DNA of 64,000 nt from Balanoglossus misakiensis (Eukaryota > Animalia > Hemichordata), in assembly GCA_040954595.2 (NCBI GenBank), contig CM082589.2, forward strand, positions 12,226,894 to 12,290,893, in the 5' to 3' direction. Below the pieces are notes generated by a model. It saw only the letters and a list, made by a program, of their open reading frames with translations, did not search any database and was not told the DNA's origin. Every line of letters begins with the position of its first letter. Positions within the stretch are counted from its first letter, which is position 1. Positions 22,901 through 37,600 of this stretch are shown here, piece after piece. The position numbers and the translations under genes were made by a program.

Positions 22901-25900
22901 GCAAATCTTCTCCTAAACAAATTGTCCAGTTGTTTTTAAAGTTACTATTTACAAGGAGTTGTTACCTCGAACAAAGACATGTTTACATAACTTAAATAGG
23001 CCAGCTGTTACAGAGACCACCAGCTATCACATTTTAATTACCAGTGGCAGGTCAGTGTGTGTCTGTTCCAGGGCTGACTGAAAGAAGTTGCTTCGCATAT
23101 GTGTTTGTGTACAGACAATTTTTGGTCAATTTTTTTTTCTAGCACCACTTGTAAGACTGCCATGACACATGACAGTTTATTGGGCATGTTCCTTGTTAAT
23201 GTTTTTACATTGCATATTTCTATATGGTCAGATCATAAGTGCTTGCAAATGTCACCTGTAATTTTTATTCTGCTGTGTCACTGTTTCCGCATAATCCTCA
23301 AATGTCATCAGATCTCCGAATGTGATGAAAACAGTGTGTTTTGAGTGGGTTTTTTTAATGACCTTTTGGGTTAAAAGTGGCAAAAATGGCAATTTTGTCT
23401 TCAAAGGGGTCAATAAGACTGACTTTTTTGGAATCAGCACCATTTTTTACATTGAATGGACTAGTCTGCTCAAACTTTCCTTACCAAAAATTATGTTTAA
23501 TCTTCTGTAACATGTATACTAGTGTACATGTAGCTGCCTGATAGTTTGCCCTGTGTGTGTAATTGCTGAGTGACATAACGCATTCTGTGATTGATGCAGT
23601 CACCTAACCACCAATCGAACGATTGTTATAAGGAGAACTGCACGACCTTTAACCGCATTAGCATACCTGATTTTTAGGGCTCGATATTACCTCTGAGGAC
23701 GCAATATTTAAGTTGAAGTTTTTTTATTTTATCATATTAGAGCAAGAAGACTTGTCTTTTATGTAAAAGAAATAGACCCTAATATACAGAGTGCATTTTG
23801 AAACGATAGGCAGTTCCGGCCCATAGCCTAATTCTTCATTTTTCTGTCATGCGTAGGAATTGATTAGTGCTAACAACCCATGTCAAAATGGCAGCACTTG
23901 CCAACCCTAACCTCGTGTGTGGCATTGACGTGCACCTGCCAAGGATGCTTTACTGGGAGCGCTGTGAAAATTGTCAGTCAGTTTCTTTTGTCAAATTAAT
24001 CAATATGTGTGGGACTGCTATACATGTATATAAAACAGAATACTGCGATGGAAAATTCTATAACTTAATGTTTCAGTGGATATATGACTTAAAGTTAGCA
24101 GTATGCAGTGAATTCAACAGAAAGTGTAATTTCCTCTTGTGTGAGCTCTGTGCGACTGTGCCAATGAAAATCTCACCACAAACAAAAATGACAGGTATAC
24201 ACTGTATATTAGCAGCTTTGTCTCTGTAATAGCCATAGTGTTTTGAAGTTGAAAACTTGCAAAGTGTGCAGTTTTATTCACACTACAAAGGAAACATTGT
24301 TGAAACGGATTATCTGTGTACATTGTCAAACTGTACACTTGTCGCGAGATTTATTCTCAATTATATTACTAGTATATCATGCTACCGTCTGCAACTCTGA
24401 TTGGACGAGAGCTAAATCCAGCGATGCTAAAATACTCAATAATGCACTGCTGGCAGTGGTAAAACGGGCTTTCTGTTTGCCACATGGGTTTGTTCTTTAG
24501 GTTGTTGTATGTGTTTACACCCATCATGTTTATTGTAGAACCAGGGTCGATCAGTGAGGCAACTGCTGTTTGTTCTATCTGCACTGTTACTCGAGGCCTC
24601 CTGCCATTTGATTGTTGTACAGTGAAGCAGTATTCATCTCCCGAGCTGTCTTCCACTTTATGCACAGCTTTGACAGTTTTATCCTTGTCTACCCTATTTG
24701 CCTTGCCTTTTGAATGGTAGCATTTGGCTAAATGGTTAGGTTTGCCACACTTCCTGCATGACTTGCCTTTAGCTGGACATACTGAGTCATGTGGTACCAT
24801 TATTAAAATAGGGGCCAGTCATCAAAACGTAAGTGAGCCAAAAAACTACAGGTCAGATAAATTGTTTTCTCGTAAATTCAACATTAGAATCAAATTTGGC
24901 GTTGGAAACAAACGGCGGGTCGCCAGTTCCTGGTCTGGAGGCTGGTAGAGTCACGTCTTGAAGACTGGCCCCTATTTTAATAATGGCATTGTCATGACCG
25001 GCCAACCTTTGACCTTGGAGACCACAATGTAGAGCTATCGATCAGCTTTTCGCGTTTCAATCAAACATTGCAATCACGGGCTAAAATCACTAACTAGTTG
25101 ATACCTTTTTCGGTGTTTCATCTAACCTTTGAAAGGAGTATAATAAAAATGAAATGACCGCACATAATGTGCATTTCTTGTTCACGTGTGGGGACTATAT
25201 GTGTGCGTAATGATCCAAATGCAAGGGGTCGTGTGAACAGGCCTTAAATAATGAGTTTGCGTTAAATAATGAGTTTGCGTTAAATAATAAGTTGACAAAC
25301 GGCGCGAGTGCATTTTTTCATGGTTTAGAAATCACTTATTTATATATAATTCATTATATAATGTAAATCACTCATGATATATATATAATAGACTTGCACT
25401 TAAATTATTTATAAATCACTCATGATATATATATAATACACTTAAAAAATTTTTATTTATAAATAATTAATTATATATAAATAATTATGTACATCACTCA
25501 TGATATATATATAATAGACTGACAATGACATTGTTTATAAATAATTTATTATATATAAATAAAAGAGCATAAAATACATTTTATGTATATAATTGAATCG
25601 ACTTGAAATTATTTATAAATAAATTGTCAGGACTTAAATGGTTTGCAAATCTATAATTACATACATATAAGTATGTTAAATAACGACTTTTGAACAAATA
25701 ATTTAGCTAAATAATAAGTTAACACATGGCACCCCATACAAACATTACGTCCAGTCCAAATATTCTGCCAATTTTACATCCAATGCATTCAAATAGTGGA
25801 CTGCTTCGCTTTCATCCAGTTTTCATGTGCATCGTATAAGTAGACTTTTGTTTTGTCCCGTCTTTTCACCGAATTTGCTCTTTTCCAAATCTCCGACACA

Positions 25901-26116
25901 GACTATGATCGTCACATTCTTGTCTGTTGTTAGAACAGCACACTGCCATATGGCATTGACTGTATACAGTTTCTGTTACCAATATCTCTGGTTTGGCATT
26001 TTCCTGTCCTCAATCTTTTGCCAGGGATTTTTGTGTCCCCAACCCGCGTGAGAATCCCACGTCTTTGAAGGTATGACTGTGACTATAAGATTCTATAAAT
26101 CTCTGTTTATTTTCAG

Positions 26117-26742
26117 CACAAACATCATGTGCTGATTGCCCAGCTGGTAACCAATGTCCAAATGGTAACACTGTGATTTTATGCTCGGCTGGTTATTACA
26201 GTTCGGCCTTGGACAAAGGATGTCTCGCTGTACCTCTTGCATAACAGGTAAACTTCTACCCACCAACCTTTATTTCCAACATCAAACATTAGGTCAGGTA
26301 ATTTACTAACTGAAAAATAGGATGGGAACATTTTCCATTTCTGTATTTAAAATTTACTGATATAATATATGAATGAAAAAATGACAATTTTTCCAAATTT
26401 GAATAGACCTCTATTTATGAAAATAATTAAAATTTGCGCCAATTTTTTACAGTGGTATTCAAAGGTTAACTTGGTGTGTATATTCTTTGTTTGATTTACA
26501 GATCAGCCGGTGCTGAACAGTGTACTATTTGTGAGCAAGGGTACGCCTGCACAGATCCCAGTGCATCGCAATTCAAGTGTACCAAGGGTTACGTGTCATT
26601 GGCTGGTGCAACAAACTGTACCAGATGTACAAATGGTAAGATTGTGGTACTTGTTCAGTTTGCTGTGTGATGAAACTGAGTGGTATGTGTGTATGCATGT
26701 ATGTGTTTACAACAGATTTTCAAGTCAGTGCGACTGGGGTTA

Positions 26743-26774
<32 letters not shown>

Positions 26775-28685
26775 TACAACAGATTATCAACTCAGTGCGA
26801 AATCTTGCGAGACCCGGTTAGCCATGTGAGATCTCGCAGAGTCTTATGATATTCAGAAAATGGTTGATTAGAAATGACGTTTAATGTCCTCCAAAGAATT
26901 TTCTACATGCCCGTATACTTGTCTCAGAATTATGAAGTGAATCATCTCAAGTAATTTGTTATTTTAAATGACACTGTATCACAAATACTTCACTAAAAAC
27001 CTCATTTTCTTTAATCAGATGAAATAAGTGAGGAGCCTGCACGCACATCCCGTCTTCTGTGCCCTGCTGGACAATCGTGTTCAGATCCAATGTAAGATCC
27101 GCTTGACTGTGGCAATGGTGAATATGCTATGGAAGGCGACGGCACATGCACGCCTTGTCCAGCAGGATCCAAGTGTCCAACCATGTCACCCGTAGTTGAT
27201 TGTTCAACAGTTACTGGTAAGTTGGGCTGCAAATTACTCTTATGACTTCCCTGTGTTATAGCATGACATACACAGAAAATTAAACTGTTATGCTCATTGG
27301 AGTTGATATTGTGATGCACTTTGAAAAACACAATGATTCCACTGAAGAGGTATTGTACAGTAACACCTGTGATTACGGACATCTCTCTAATAAGGGATCG
27401 TTGGACCAAACCAATCGTTCTTTGAATTTTTTCTGTGATAGGTTCATACTCGCTAGGTTCGGCCAAGTCCTTCTGGTTATGAATGCACAACTACAAATGT
27501 CACACAGTGCGCTACAGGGAAGTAAAGTGTTGAAGGAGGTAAGTCTTGAAATCTCTTTTCTTCTGGTCTCGATTTGAACATGGTTCCACAAGTTGTTTAC
27601 ATCACTTGTAGTTTTACATATTTTTTTAGTTCAACAGCTATGCTATACATGGTGTCCTGAGAAGTCGACCAGTATGAGAAGTCGGTATCGGCCAGTACGA
27701 GAAGTCGGCCTGTGGGAGAGAACCCTGGTACTTTGTGTTATATATAACTGTTTCACTACGAAATGTTTCCTTGATGTACAGGAGCTGAGATATTTGTACA
27801 AATAGCCGATGAATTTTAAAACTGTCTGTTCACTTTTCATGTACGTCACCGGGGTACGTCAACATCAGTCACCTGCACTTCTTGAGCTGCGCCAGTAGTC
27901 TGTTCCTTGTCACGTTTGTTTGTTTGGTGTTGTCTCAGAAAGTATGAATATACACATACATCTTCTATGTATTTTAGTAGGCTTTGAAACAACTCCCTTT
28001 AATCAGAAATGTCACAGGAATTTGGCGAACAACCTAAGCTCCTTACGCGGATACGGGGATGGGGAACTGGTACGGATGCCAGACGCCATTATTTGAAATG
28101 ACGCCATTGTGTTGTCAAGAATTTGGGAAATCCGTCCAAATGAAAATATTTAGTGCAATTATATTTTATTAAGTGTTGTTATAAGTAATCTGGGTCATCA
28201 CTGCACTATTCGGGTACAAGTTCAACAACTGGCCGACTTCTCATACGCGCGTAGTGGCTGACTTCTAATCTGGCCGACTTCTCATGTATTCCTATACATT
28301 AGTGAAAATTGGGGAAACTGGTGTTTTCAGACAACTTATGAAGTCCCTTTCGCAATATTAACTCTAAAACAGCGGGTGATATTCCTTTTAAAATTTAACC
28401 AAATAAGCATACTTGAACTCTGTCATATCGGCAAAACACTCACTACACAAGCTGCTGTTATTCTACAGACATGACATGTGCTGATTGCGGCGTAGGTAAC
28501 TACTGTCCAGATGGGTCAGACAGCCCCATTCCTTGTCCATCAAGTTATTATGCTGACACAGCCACAGAAGTATCCTGTACCCCTTGCGATCCAGGCTGTC
28601 AGTGTGCAGCAACATCACCCACTTGCCTGCACATCAAGAACCTACTCTCTGGGACCATCAACAACATGTACTCCCCTTCTACCAG
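26117..28685 (+). pseudogene. Cys-rich exon cluster G1-G5, second occurrence
   Basis: Co-linear with 10685-13253, same stops and frameshifts. Confidence 0.82.
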
Positions 28686-31600
28686 GTTTGTAGTCGTCTT
28701 AGTCGTAAAAACATATTTAAGGTGTTGGGCACCTCGAAATAAAGGGTCGTCTGATCATGTTAAAATTAATACTGATGATACTATGACTTCTAAACATTTA
28801 ATCTATGGAATAAAAATTGGGGGTCAACCATCTAGAGTTTTGAAAAAGCGCCCTTTATCTAGCACCTCTTTCAGATTTTGCCAGGCTCGTAGATTTTTGT
28901 AAAATGGCCTCAAAAATAAGAATTTTGGAAGGTTTGTCATATTTTTTCACCATTGTAGAATCTAAATGTTCTGAATTATTTTATTTTTAGCAATTTTGAG
29001 ATTGCTTCATGTTCAGTATGATAATCGCATGTCAATACAACTGTTACATTAAAGGAAAAGTTCAAATCCGCCTAAAACCACATTGCATTGGTACCTAGTT
29101 AAGTTGTCCTCACTTCTGACGCAAAATTTTGATGTGCAATGCACGTGTCTGTGAAATTGACGAATAAAAAAATTGTATACCAGTGCAAAATTAAAAACTC
29201 CCTGTGCAGCCTTCTTGGCAACTGCATGCTGGGAAAAGTACTCGGATGATGACGAAAAAGTTTCGGGGTTCCGGGTAGTGCTACCCCGGAATACAATGTT
29301 GGGTGCAGACTCCAACTATGGAAAAGAGATGCAGAATGTCATGTGATATAGTAGTGAAAACAAATACACGTTGGTTCACATATTTCAGCTCTCAGCAATC
29401 AGGGTGCATTAAAAGGCCTTGATTGGTGTGATATTCACAATTGATGATTATAAATACTTACAGTTGTATACTGTTTTATTTTGTAAATATTGTGTACATT
29501 TGCAGCAATGAATCCGTGCGAACACAAACCTTAACCCATGCCGGAATGCTGGTACTTGCCAAGCAATCCAGGGATCTTGTACAGGCGTCACATGTCTATG
29601 TGCTGGCTGCTACCTGGGCTTCACATGTGAAACACGTGAGTACAGTACTTTGTCATTTATTAAAAAATCTAAGTGCTGAGGTACATTGTAGTAATAATAG
29701 CAGGTGTAGTCATTATCATCATCATCATCATCTTTAAGTCAGTCATATGATCGGTAATAAAAACAGTAAAATCACCAGTATAAAAACATAACAGAGAAAT
29801 AATGAACGTGTACTGGTGTTACCATAGGTAACTGTTGTATAAAATTTTGAATTCCTGTCTTCCAGTTCCTAATCCATGCTTCACTAGTCCTTGTCTCAAT
29901 GGAGGTACCTGCCAACAACAGGCAAATTCTTGTACTGCCACCATTGGCATGTGCACAGAGTGTTACTAGGGAAACAGGTGTGAGACAAGTAAGTTTGAAT
30001 CTATAGCAGTTAATAATGATAATTATCATTTTTTTTTATTATGATTTAAACTTCACTGATGTTGTACAAACACAAAAATAGAAATAATAATAATAATAAT
30101 AATAATTTATTTGTATAGCGTCAGTATCCACAAAAAATGTGATCAATGACGCTTAAAGCAAAAGTACAATACAACAAATGGCTAAAAAACAGATTTAAAA
30201 AGTAAAGTTTTAACATTTGATTTAAAAACAGATAAGTCTGGTGCCTGGCGAATGGTGAGTGGAAGATTATTCCAAAGAATTGGAGCAGCAACAGTAAAAG
30301 CACGATCACCATAACTCTTGGTGCGTGATCGAACAGGGCAGAGTTTGAACTGATCAGCTGACCTCAAATTGCGACACGGAACATATAGATTAGTCATGCT
30401 AGAAAGATAGATTGGACCAAGTTTATGAATGGATTTAAAAATGAGAACTAACATCTTAAAAACAATACGCTCTGTAACAGGTAGCCAGTGCAACTGATAC
30501 AAAATTGGAGTGATGTGACAGGTGATTTTTGAACGAGTAACAATTAGAAAGGGACAGCAGCTTAGCTCTATTCCTTTTCCAAAGTGTTTGTTCTTTTAAA
30601 CTACCTGTTTTTTATTTATTCTGATTATGCTAATATGCTAATTTGTCGGTTTGTCACATCACAATTTTTGTAGGAAACTCACCCCTGGGAATTTTTTTCA
30701 GCCACTGACATACATTCATAATCACATGACATTGATGATCATGGAAAATTTGACCCTTTTCCTTGTAGGACTCAACCAGTGTCCACCAAATCCGTGCCAG
30801 AATGGTGGCTTCTGTCAACCGGCTCGAAATTCCTGCTTTGATCTCACCTGCATATGTACTGGTTGCTACAAAGGTGATAGGTGTGAGATATGTAAGTATA
30901 CAGCGCAGTCTCTTTTACCTTTTGTCTCTGATGCATTCAAATACTGCATGTTTCCTGAGCATAGGTGTAGCCATCACCACAGCAGAGCTTGGAGCGTTCT
31001 TGACATCGAATGCAAGATTACACTCTTCCCAATCAAAATCACTTTCGTAGCGCATAATGTCTTGATTGTCTTAGTTCAAGAAACATTATGCGCGACTGGC
31101 CAATTTTACAGCCTTTTGTCAACGCACATCCACTATGGAAATTCTCACTCCAGGCCAGATAGTGTAAATTTACATATGAGTCTACAGGTATGCTTGAAGT
31201 CAAGTCAAGCATTTGCAAGGAACCCTCCTCCAGTACACAGGTCTTTGATTTCATGAAGGGAAGCCCTTGCCTCACAGTCACTGCCACATGATCTATGGAG
31301 GTGTGAACAACTTGATACCAGCCTAATATAAGTTGTAGGCACAATCACTCCACACACCCTTGCCATAATTCTGCAAGGTTTTTGCCATATCTGTACTGTA
31401 GAATGAGTAGCAAGGAATAAAATGGCGTCCTTTCTTAATTTCCAGTGCAAAACCCCTGTGATCCCAACCCATGTATGAATGGTGGATTTTGCCAGCAAAC
31501 ATCGTGCAATTTCTATTCATGCCAGTGTGTGAACTCTTACACAGGTGACATCTGTCAAACCATAGACCCTAGAGAAAGAAGGACGAGCAACTGCGGCAAA

Positions 31601-34600
31601 GATCAAAGGGTTTGGGGATTATCTGTATGATGATGTTCTTTTGCATATAATTAACACCCAGGACAGTTGGACAATGACTTCCTTACTTCGGCACGTGTCG
31701 ACCCCACCAGTGATGCGAAAACTTGCCACCAAACTGACACTCCTGCATTTCAGCAGCCACTGCGTTTTTTTCTAAAATTCTAAAAGTATTACGATGTCTG
31801 TGCTAATTATTATGGTCGTCTGTCGGATGAACGGTCATTTCTAGTGCCACAAGCTTCATTTAAAAATTGTAAACAAATCATCCATGCCAAATTCCTGTTT
31901 AACTTGTGCAGATGTGTTCCATAAATGATTGCTGCGTTCAACCACGTTGCAGTTTTCTCGTCTTCTGCGAGATGTTCTAAGGTGTTTGTGATAACTTCAC
32001 GCAAAACGCGAGACTTTGCGTTAGTTTATACACAGTTTATTTGCAAATTGGATTATTGGGATTTACCTGGAAATAATGTATGCAAAAGAACATCATTTCA
32101 AGAAAAAACTGGAGTTGCGCGTCCTTCTTGCATGTCCGACTGGGCACTCATATTTCTTGGTAACGCTGACACTTTTCGTAATAATTTTATGTTTGCGTGA
32201 AGCATTGAAACAAAAATTGTGGTTTAGGGGCATTTTATTTCGCAGTGCGTGAACAATAAAACAGATTTCACGAAAACAATTTATAAACAAACTGGCTGGA
32301 TTTTCATGTGTGCGCTATTGCCGCTAGGCAACCCTCGGTACGGTTAGCTCACAGCCTTGTGAAATACCCGGACTGTTAGACAAAAGATGCTTGTTTTGGA
32401 CGCTGTCAGACTCAGAGGTGCCAAATTCCTGTTTAACTTGTGCAGATGTGTTCCATAAATGATTGCTGCGTTCAACCACGTTGCAGTTTTCTCGTCTTCT
32501 GCGAGATGTTCTAAGGTGTTTGTGATAACTTCACGCAAAACGCGAGACTTTGCGTTAGTTTATACACAGTTTATTTGCAAATTGGATTATTGGGATTTAC
32601 CTGGAAATAATGTATGCAAAAGAACATCATTTCAAGAAAAAACTGGAGTTGCGCGTCCTTCTTTCTCTAGGGTCCATGGTCAAACAAGTGAGTATATACT
32701 TTCAAGACACCCTGCAAACAAACAAGCAATCTTTATTCCGTAGATCTTTAAGCATATTTATGCATTGTATATTTTGATGTGAAACTTCAAATTTTATTGG
32801 TCTTGTTGCCAAACTTCTGAAGAAATGAGGATATTGTTTTGAAGGGTATTTTATCAGTAGATAACAAATACCATGGCCCTCCATGCAAATACCCACATGG
32901 TAAATTAAAACTGTTACAGGTGTATTTGATTTAAGCAATAAAACACCCCCAGCCATGGTATACCACGAGATTTTGACCAGTTCACGACATATACGCACGA
33001 GCGATAGCGAGTGCGTATATGGAGTTGAACTGGTCAAAATCGAGTGGTATACCATGGCTGGGGGTGTTTTATTGCTATTATATTATGCCAGTATATTGAA
33101 ACTTTGCATAAAACATTTTAAAAAGGCATTTTCTTTGACTATGATATATGACTGTGGTATATGGCTAATATATCCTGGTCACGTGTCGTGTCTCGACCAA
33201 TCAAATAGCGTGATTTACACCATCAATATACTGGTATAATATAATTCCACATATGGATTACATGTGGGATAATATTGGGTGCTGGCAGTTTCAGTAAATG
33301 AACTGCTCTTAAAAGTTGGGTGTCAGGGCACCCTTGACTTCGTATTGTTCAGTTATACATTTAGGAGGCTCAGTTATAGGAGAACCCGATAGAACCACAG
33401 CTGTAGGAATTAGGGAAATGGTCATACCCTAAAAAACTTATGTCACTACTATTTTTTTTTCATGCCATTGAAACAGAACAAACTCCATGTAGGCCAAGTC
33501 CATGCCTGAACAATGGGCGGTGTACTCAGCTGTCTTGTACAACTTATGAGTGTACTTGTCCAGGATGTTTCACCGGCACACACTGCAGCCAGTGTAAAAC
33601 TCATTAAAACAAACATTTGTCATGCAGGAACTAACATTTACAATCATGTCTCAATACATTGTCTGTTGGTCATACTTTATATTTTCATCTTCAGCATCAC
33701 ACCTTGGTCCTTGGGAATCGGTCACCTCAAAAATGATGTACAGCTGAAAGAAAACATGTTTATTTGAAGAAAAAACTGTTGATCGTTCATGAAAATTTTC
33801 CCTACACAAGATACATATACAGAGATTTTCATAGCCCCATAAGTGCGTCCCAGAATGAGCAAGTTGTTTTTGGAAGTGAAGTTCCGTTCAGTATTTACAG
33901 TAATGGTAATGATGATGTTTTCATCAAACAGATTTTGAAAGTAAATATTGCTGAGATAACATTAGGTTGCACTTTTTATTGCAGTCCAAGATCCAGGCCA
34001 GCGAAACAGCTGTCTCAACGGGGCTGTATGTAATGCAGTGGCCAACTCCTGCACGGCATATACCTGTGCCTGTACTGGTTGCTATGAGGGTAACCGTTGT
34101 GAAATATGTAAGTTTCTGACGTACCGTAAATGACAATCTTTTGGGCACTTTCTCTTCATGGCAATTGAATTGTGTGGTAACTTCTCATTTCTAAAATTTC
34201 CCCAAGAGAAAAGAAAGGAAAAGGAAACAGAAATTTCATTTGTATGTCCGTGCAATTTAGGATAGGCACGAACTTGTGAGGAAGTGTACGAAGTTGGATG
34301 TTTTCATCACTCAAATATACAAGAGTTGCCTCTTGAAGACTAGTGTCTGTAGAGATAATTGTGCATGTGAGGTAATCTCTCCTAAGGTGGTGCACACCTC
34401 TTAGTATTAAGTAAAAGAGACGTCCTTAATTATCCTTACTATTTGGCTTGAAAAATCAATCTTACTAGGTGTTCTGATTAGAGAGGTGTCCATAAAGACA
34501 GGTTTTACTGTATTACCCAAAATAGAGACATTGTCCCTTCATCATATACTTAATGTGTGTTCTGGGTATGGTTCCAGTATAATGCTTGTGTCAAAGGATT

Positions 34601-37600
34601 TTGTTGTGGTGCAGGAATCATCTTTGGTTGAGGTGTAGCCATCTGCATTTCATGTGTTTTAAACTATTTTTTTTTCTGATTGTCATTAACCCATGTGATC
34701 AGAATCCGTGTCAAAATGGAGGCTATTGTTCCAAAACACCAAATTCTTATACTGACTACACCTGTTACTGCCAGTAGTGTTGGACTGGGGCCATCTGTGC
34801 CGTAGGTGTGTCGAATTACTGTTTTATGACACAGCGTGGTATATAAACCCTCATTTTTGGTATTCTCAATGTGATAGATGGACCCATACACCAATAAATG
34901 GGGTGGAAGCATTACTAAGTTTCATCCTTTCAAAATTTGCTGATGTAGGGTCAAAATTGAGTGTGAGGTGCATGTTAAAAAGGAAAGCCTTCTGTATCAT
35001 GTTGATGGCACATTTTTTTAATTTTTCAAGATTCTTACAGAAAAATCCTAGCAATAGCATCATTATGTTATTTTAAATGTAAAGGTTTGAAACAAGGAAT
35101 GAAGACATTGCTCACATATTTAAACGAAATGAACATCACAAGTACATGTACAAGTTTTTGACAAGCAGGTAATTGATACTTTCATTTTTGTTTTGGCAGC
35201 CATTGATCAGTTATACCCTATGCCTTGTCAAAATGGTGGCACATGCGTTGCGTGAGACGGCTGTTTCCTGTTTGACTGTATGTGTACCGAATGCTTCACT
35301 GGTGCCACATGTACAATGCGTAAGTACTAACCAATATTATTTTATTCAATGCAAAACACTTGTTATATATTATATAATATAAGTACGGTACACATATTAA
35401 AGCCCTGGTAACTCAAACTTTGGGCTAGCTTAATGTTATCACTATTTTTGTTTTCGGTTGCAACTGTGGTTTCTTGTCACACTCTAAAGGATTTCACAGC
35501 ATTTGGTTTTTCAAAACAGCCCTTTGGTTGTTGTCATGTATACATGTACATGACTGTGGAGTGTAGTTTGTAGATTCTGTAATTTTGACAATATCTTGAC
35601 TGCACATCCCACAGCTGTCAACCAGTGTCAACCCATCCAGTGTCGGAATGGTGGAAACTGTGTGCTGACGCCCAATTGGTGTACTGAATTCACATGCTCC
35701 TGTACAAGCTGTTACTCCGGCGATTTATGTCAGACATGTGAGTGATTTTAAATTTCAGATGAAGAGGAACATAATAACATAACACATAATCGGCTTGCAG
35801 TTGGTTTCTTCCAACCTGTATCAAACAGTGAATAACGACACAATTTTGGGGAAATTTATTAAGAATGTGTGTGCCATAAAAGGGGATTGTGTATTTGACC
35901 AAATAACAACCTGCACCGTATGGTACACTAAGACACTATTACACCTGTGTCAAAATTTCATTACGTTTCTTTTGTTGAACATGGAAGAAATTTGTCACAG
36001 TGATGTTCTGTTGACCAACTGAGATTTTTACCACTCAACCCTGACTGCACAAATCTGTTTAAAGTATATGTAGTAAATATTAACTGTACACAATTTATAT
36101 CACTTTCTCTTCTGTGCACAGATTTGAATCCGTGTCAGCCCAACCCTTGTCTAAACAGTGGATTCTGCCAGCAAGTGTCCTGCACCGAGTTCAGATGCCA
36201 GAGTCCACGCTGTTTCATCGGAACCACGTGCGCTGAACGTAAGCAAACCAGTGTCAGATTTCCCGCACAAAGTAGAAATCGCTGGGCTTTGTCATTGATA
36301 TTGTCTCAATAAAGTTGCCTGTGATTGTGCAGCTAACCAAGAGACTTATATGCACTACGGTAGCCATGATGAATACTTTCATTGACTCAAATGCTCATCA
36401 GTGTAGATGTTGCTATTTTTCCAACCGTAAATTGAAACATCAGAAAGTTATGACATCAACTACCCCCACCCCCACCCCACCCACCCCCAACTAGTAAATA
36501 TTATAAGATTCAGTAATTATGATAAAGATGGTAGCACCAAGCTTGGATCAAGTGGTCTTCATTATCCTTCACACATGAACATGATCACACGGATGTGCAA
36601 TCTTCTGACAGTCTGCTACAGATTTCACTTCCCACTCAAGTGTGTAAGACCCTAATGTGATACTTTTCATTTCTCTCACCCTTAGCGATCAACCAGTGTC
36701 TTCTAAACCCATGTCTGAATAACGGAGTGTATCAGCCACTTCAAGGCTCCTGCTCAATCTACACCTGCAACTGTCCAACCTGCTACACTGGGCAAACATG
36801 TGTTACATGTAAGTCACAAGTTTTTAGGTCCCATTGGTATGTACCATGGGAACTTATGGGATTGGTTACGTCTGTATGTATGGATGGATGGATGGATGTA
36901 TGTCTGTATGTCCGTCCACATGAAAAACTTGAAAACCGCAGCGCGTTTGACCTCGATATTTGGCGTGTAGATGCAGGCAGGGCTGTAGATGGGAGTTTGT
37001 TCAAATGAAGATGTCATTGCCAAAAATATGCAAATTAGCTGGGAAAATGTGAAATTGGTCAAAACTCAAAAACTGGACAACCACTGGTCATATTGATTTG
37101 AAAAATGGTATGCATGTACCTTATATCAACCTCATACAACCCTGTATGTTTTGAGCTAATATTATCGATTTCCTATTTTTTTGCATTTTTTTGTATTTTT
37201 CCATGTTATTGGTAAAAGTCTTTGAAATTTAGTATGAAGCCTCCTAATGTTGTCTAAGTAACCATAGTTTTGTTCAAATTGTTGCAAAATTTGCATATCT
37301 ATAATTTTGAGCATTATTTGCCATTTTTGGTCAAAAAATGTTTTTCTTTAAAACCTCATGCCAGATTGCTTTGCAATTTGGTAGGCATGTTCGTAGGGGT
37401 AACCTAAATAATATGTTGTAAAAAATGTGATATTTGCATAAATGTGTTATCGGGGAAACTTTTGCAATTTTTGTCAAAAATTGTTTTCACTGAAACCGCT
37501 TGTCCTATTGCATTGAACTTAGGCAGCATGTTCCTTGTAGTGATTGAAGTAAGATATTGTACAATTTTGGTGATATTTTCATATTTGTGTTTTTGCCACT

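Larger units (their letters stand above)
14074..23972 (+). pseudogene. EGF exon cluster E1-E12, copy 2
   Basis: Same exons and lesions as copy 1, plus E5-E7. Confidence 0.88.
13086..28517. repeat. Array copy 2 (long variant, extra 534-bp internal repeat)
   Basis: The TGCCAAATTCCTGTTTAAC block occurs three times instead of two; length 15432. Confidence 0.97.
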
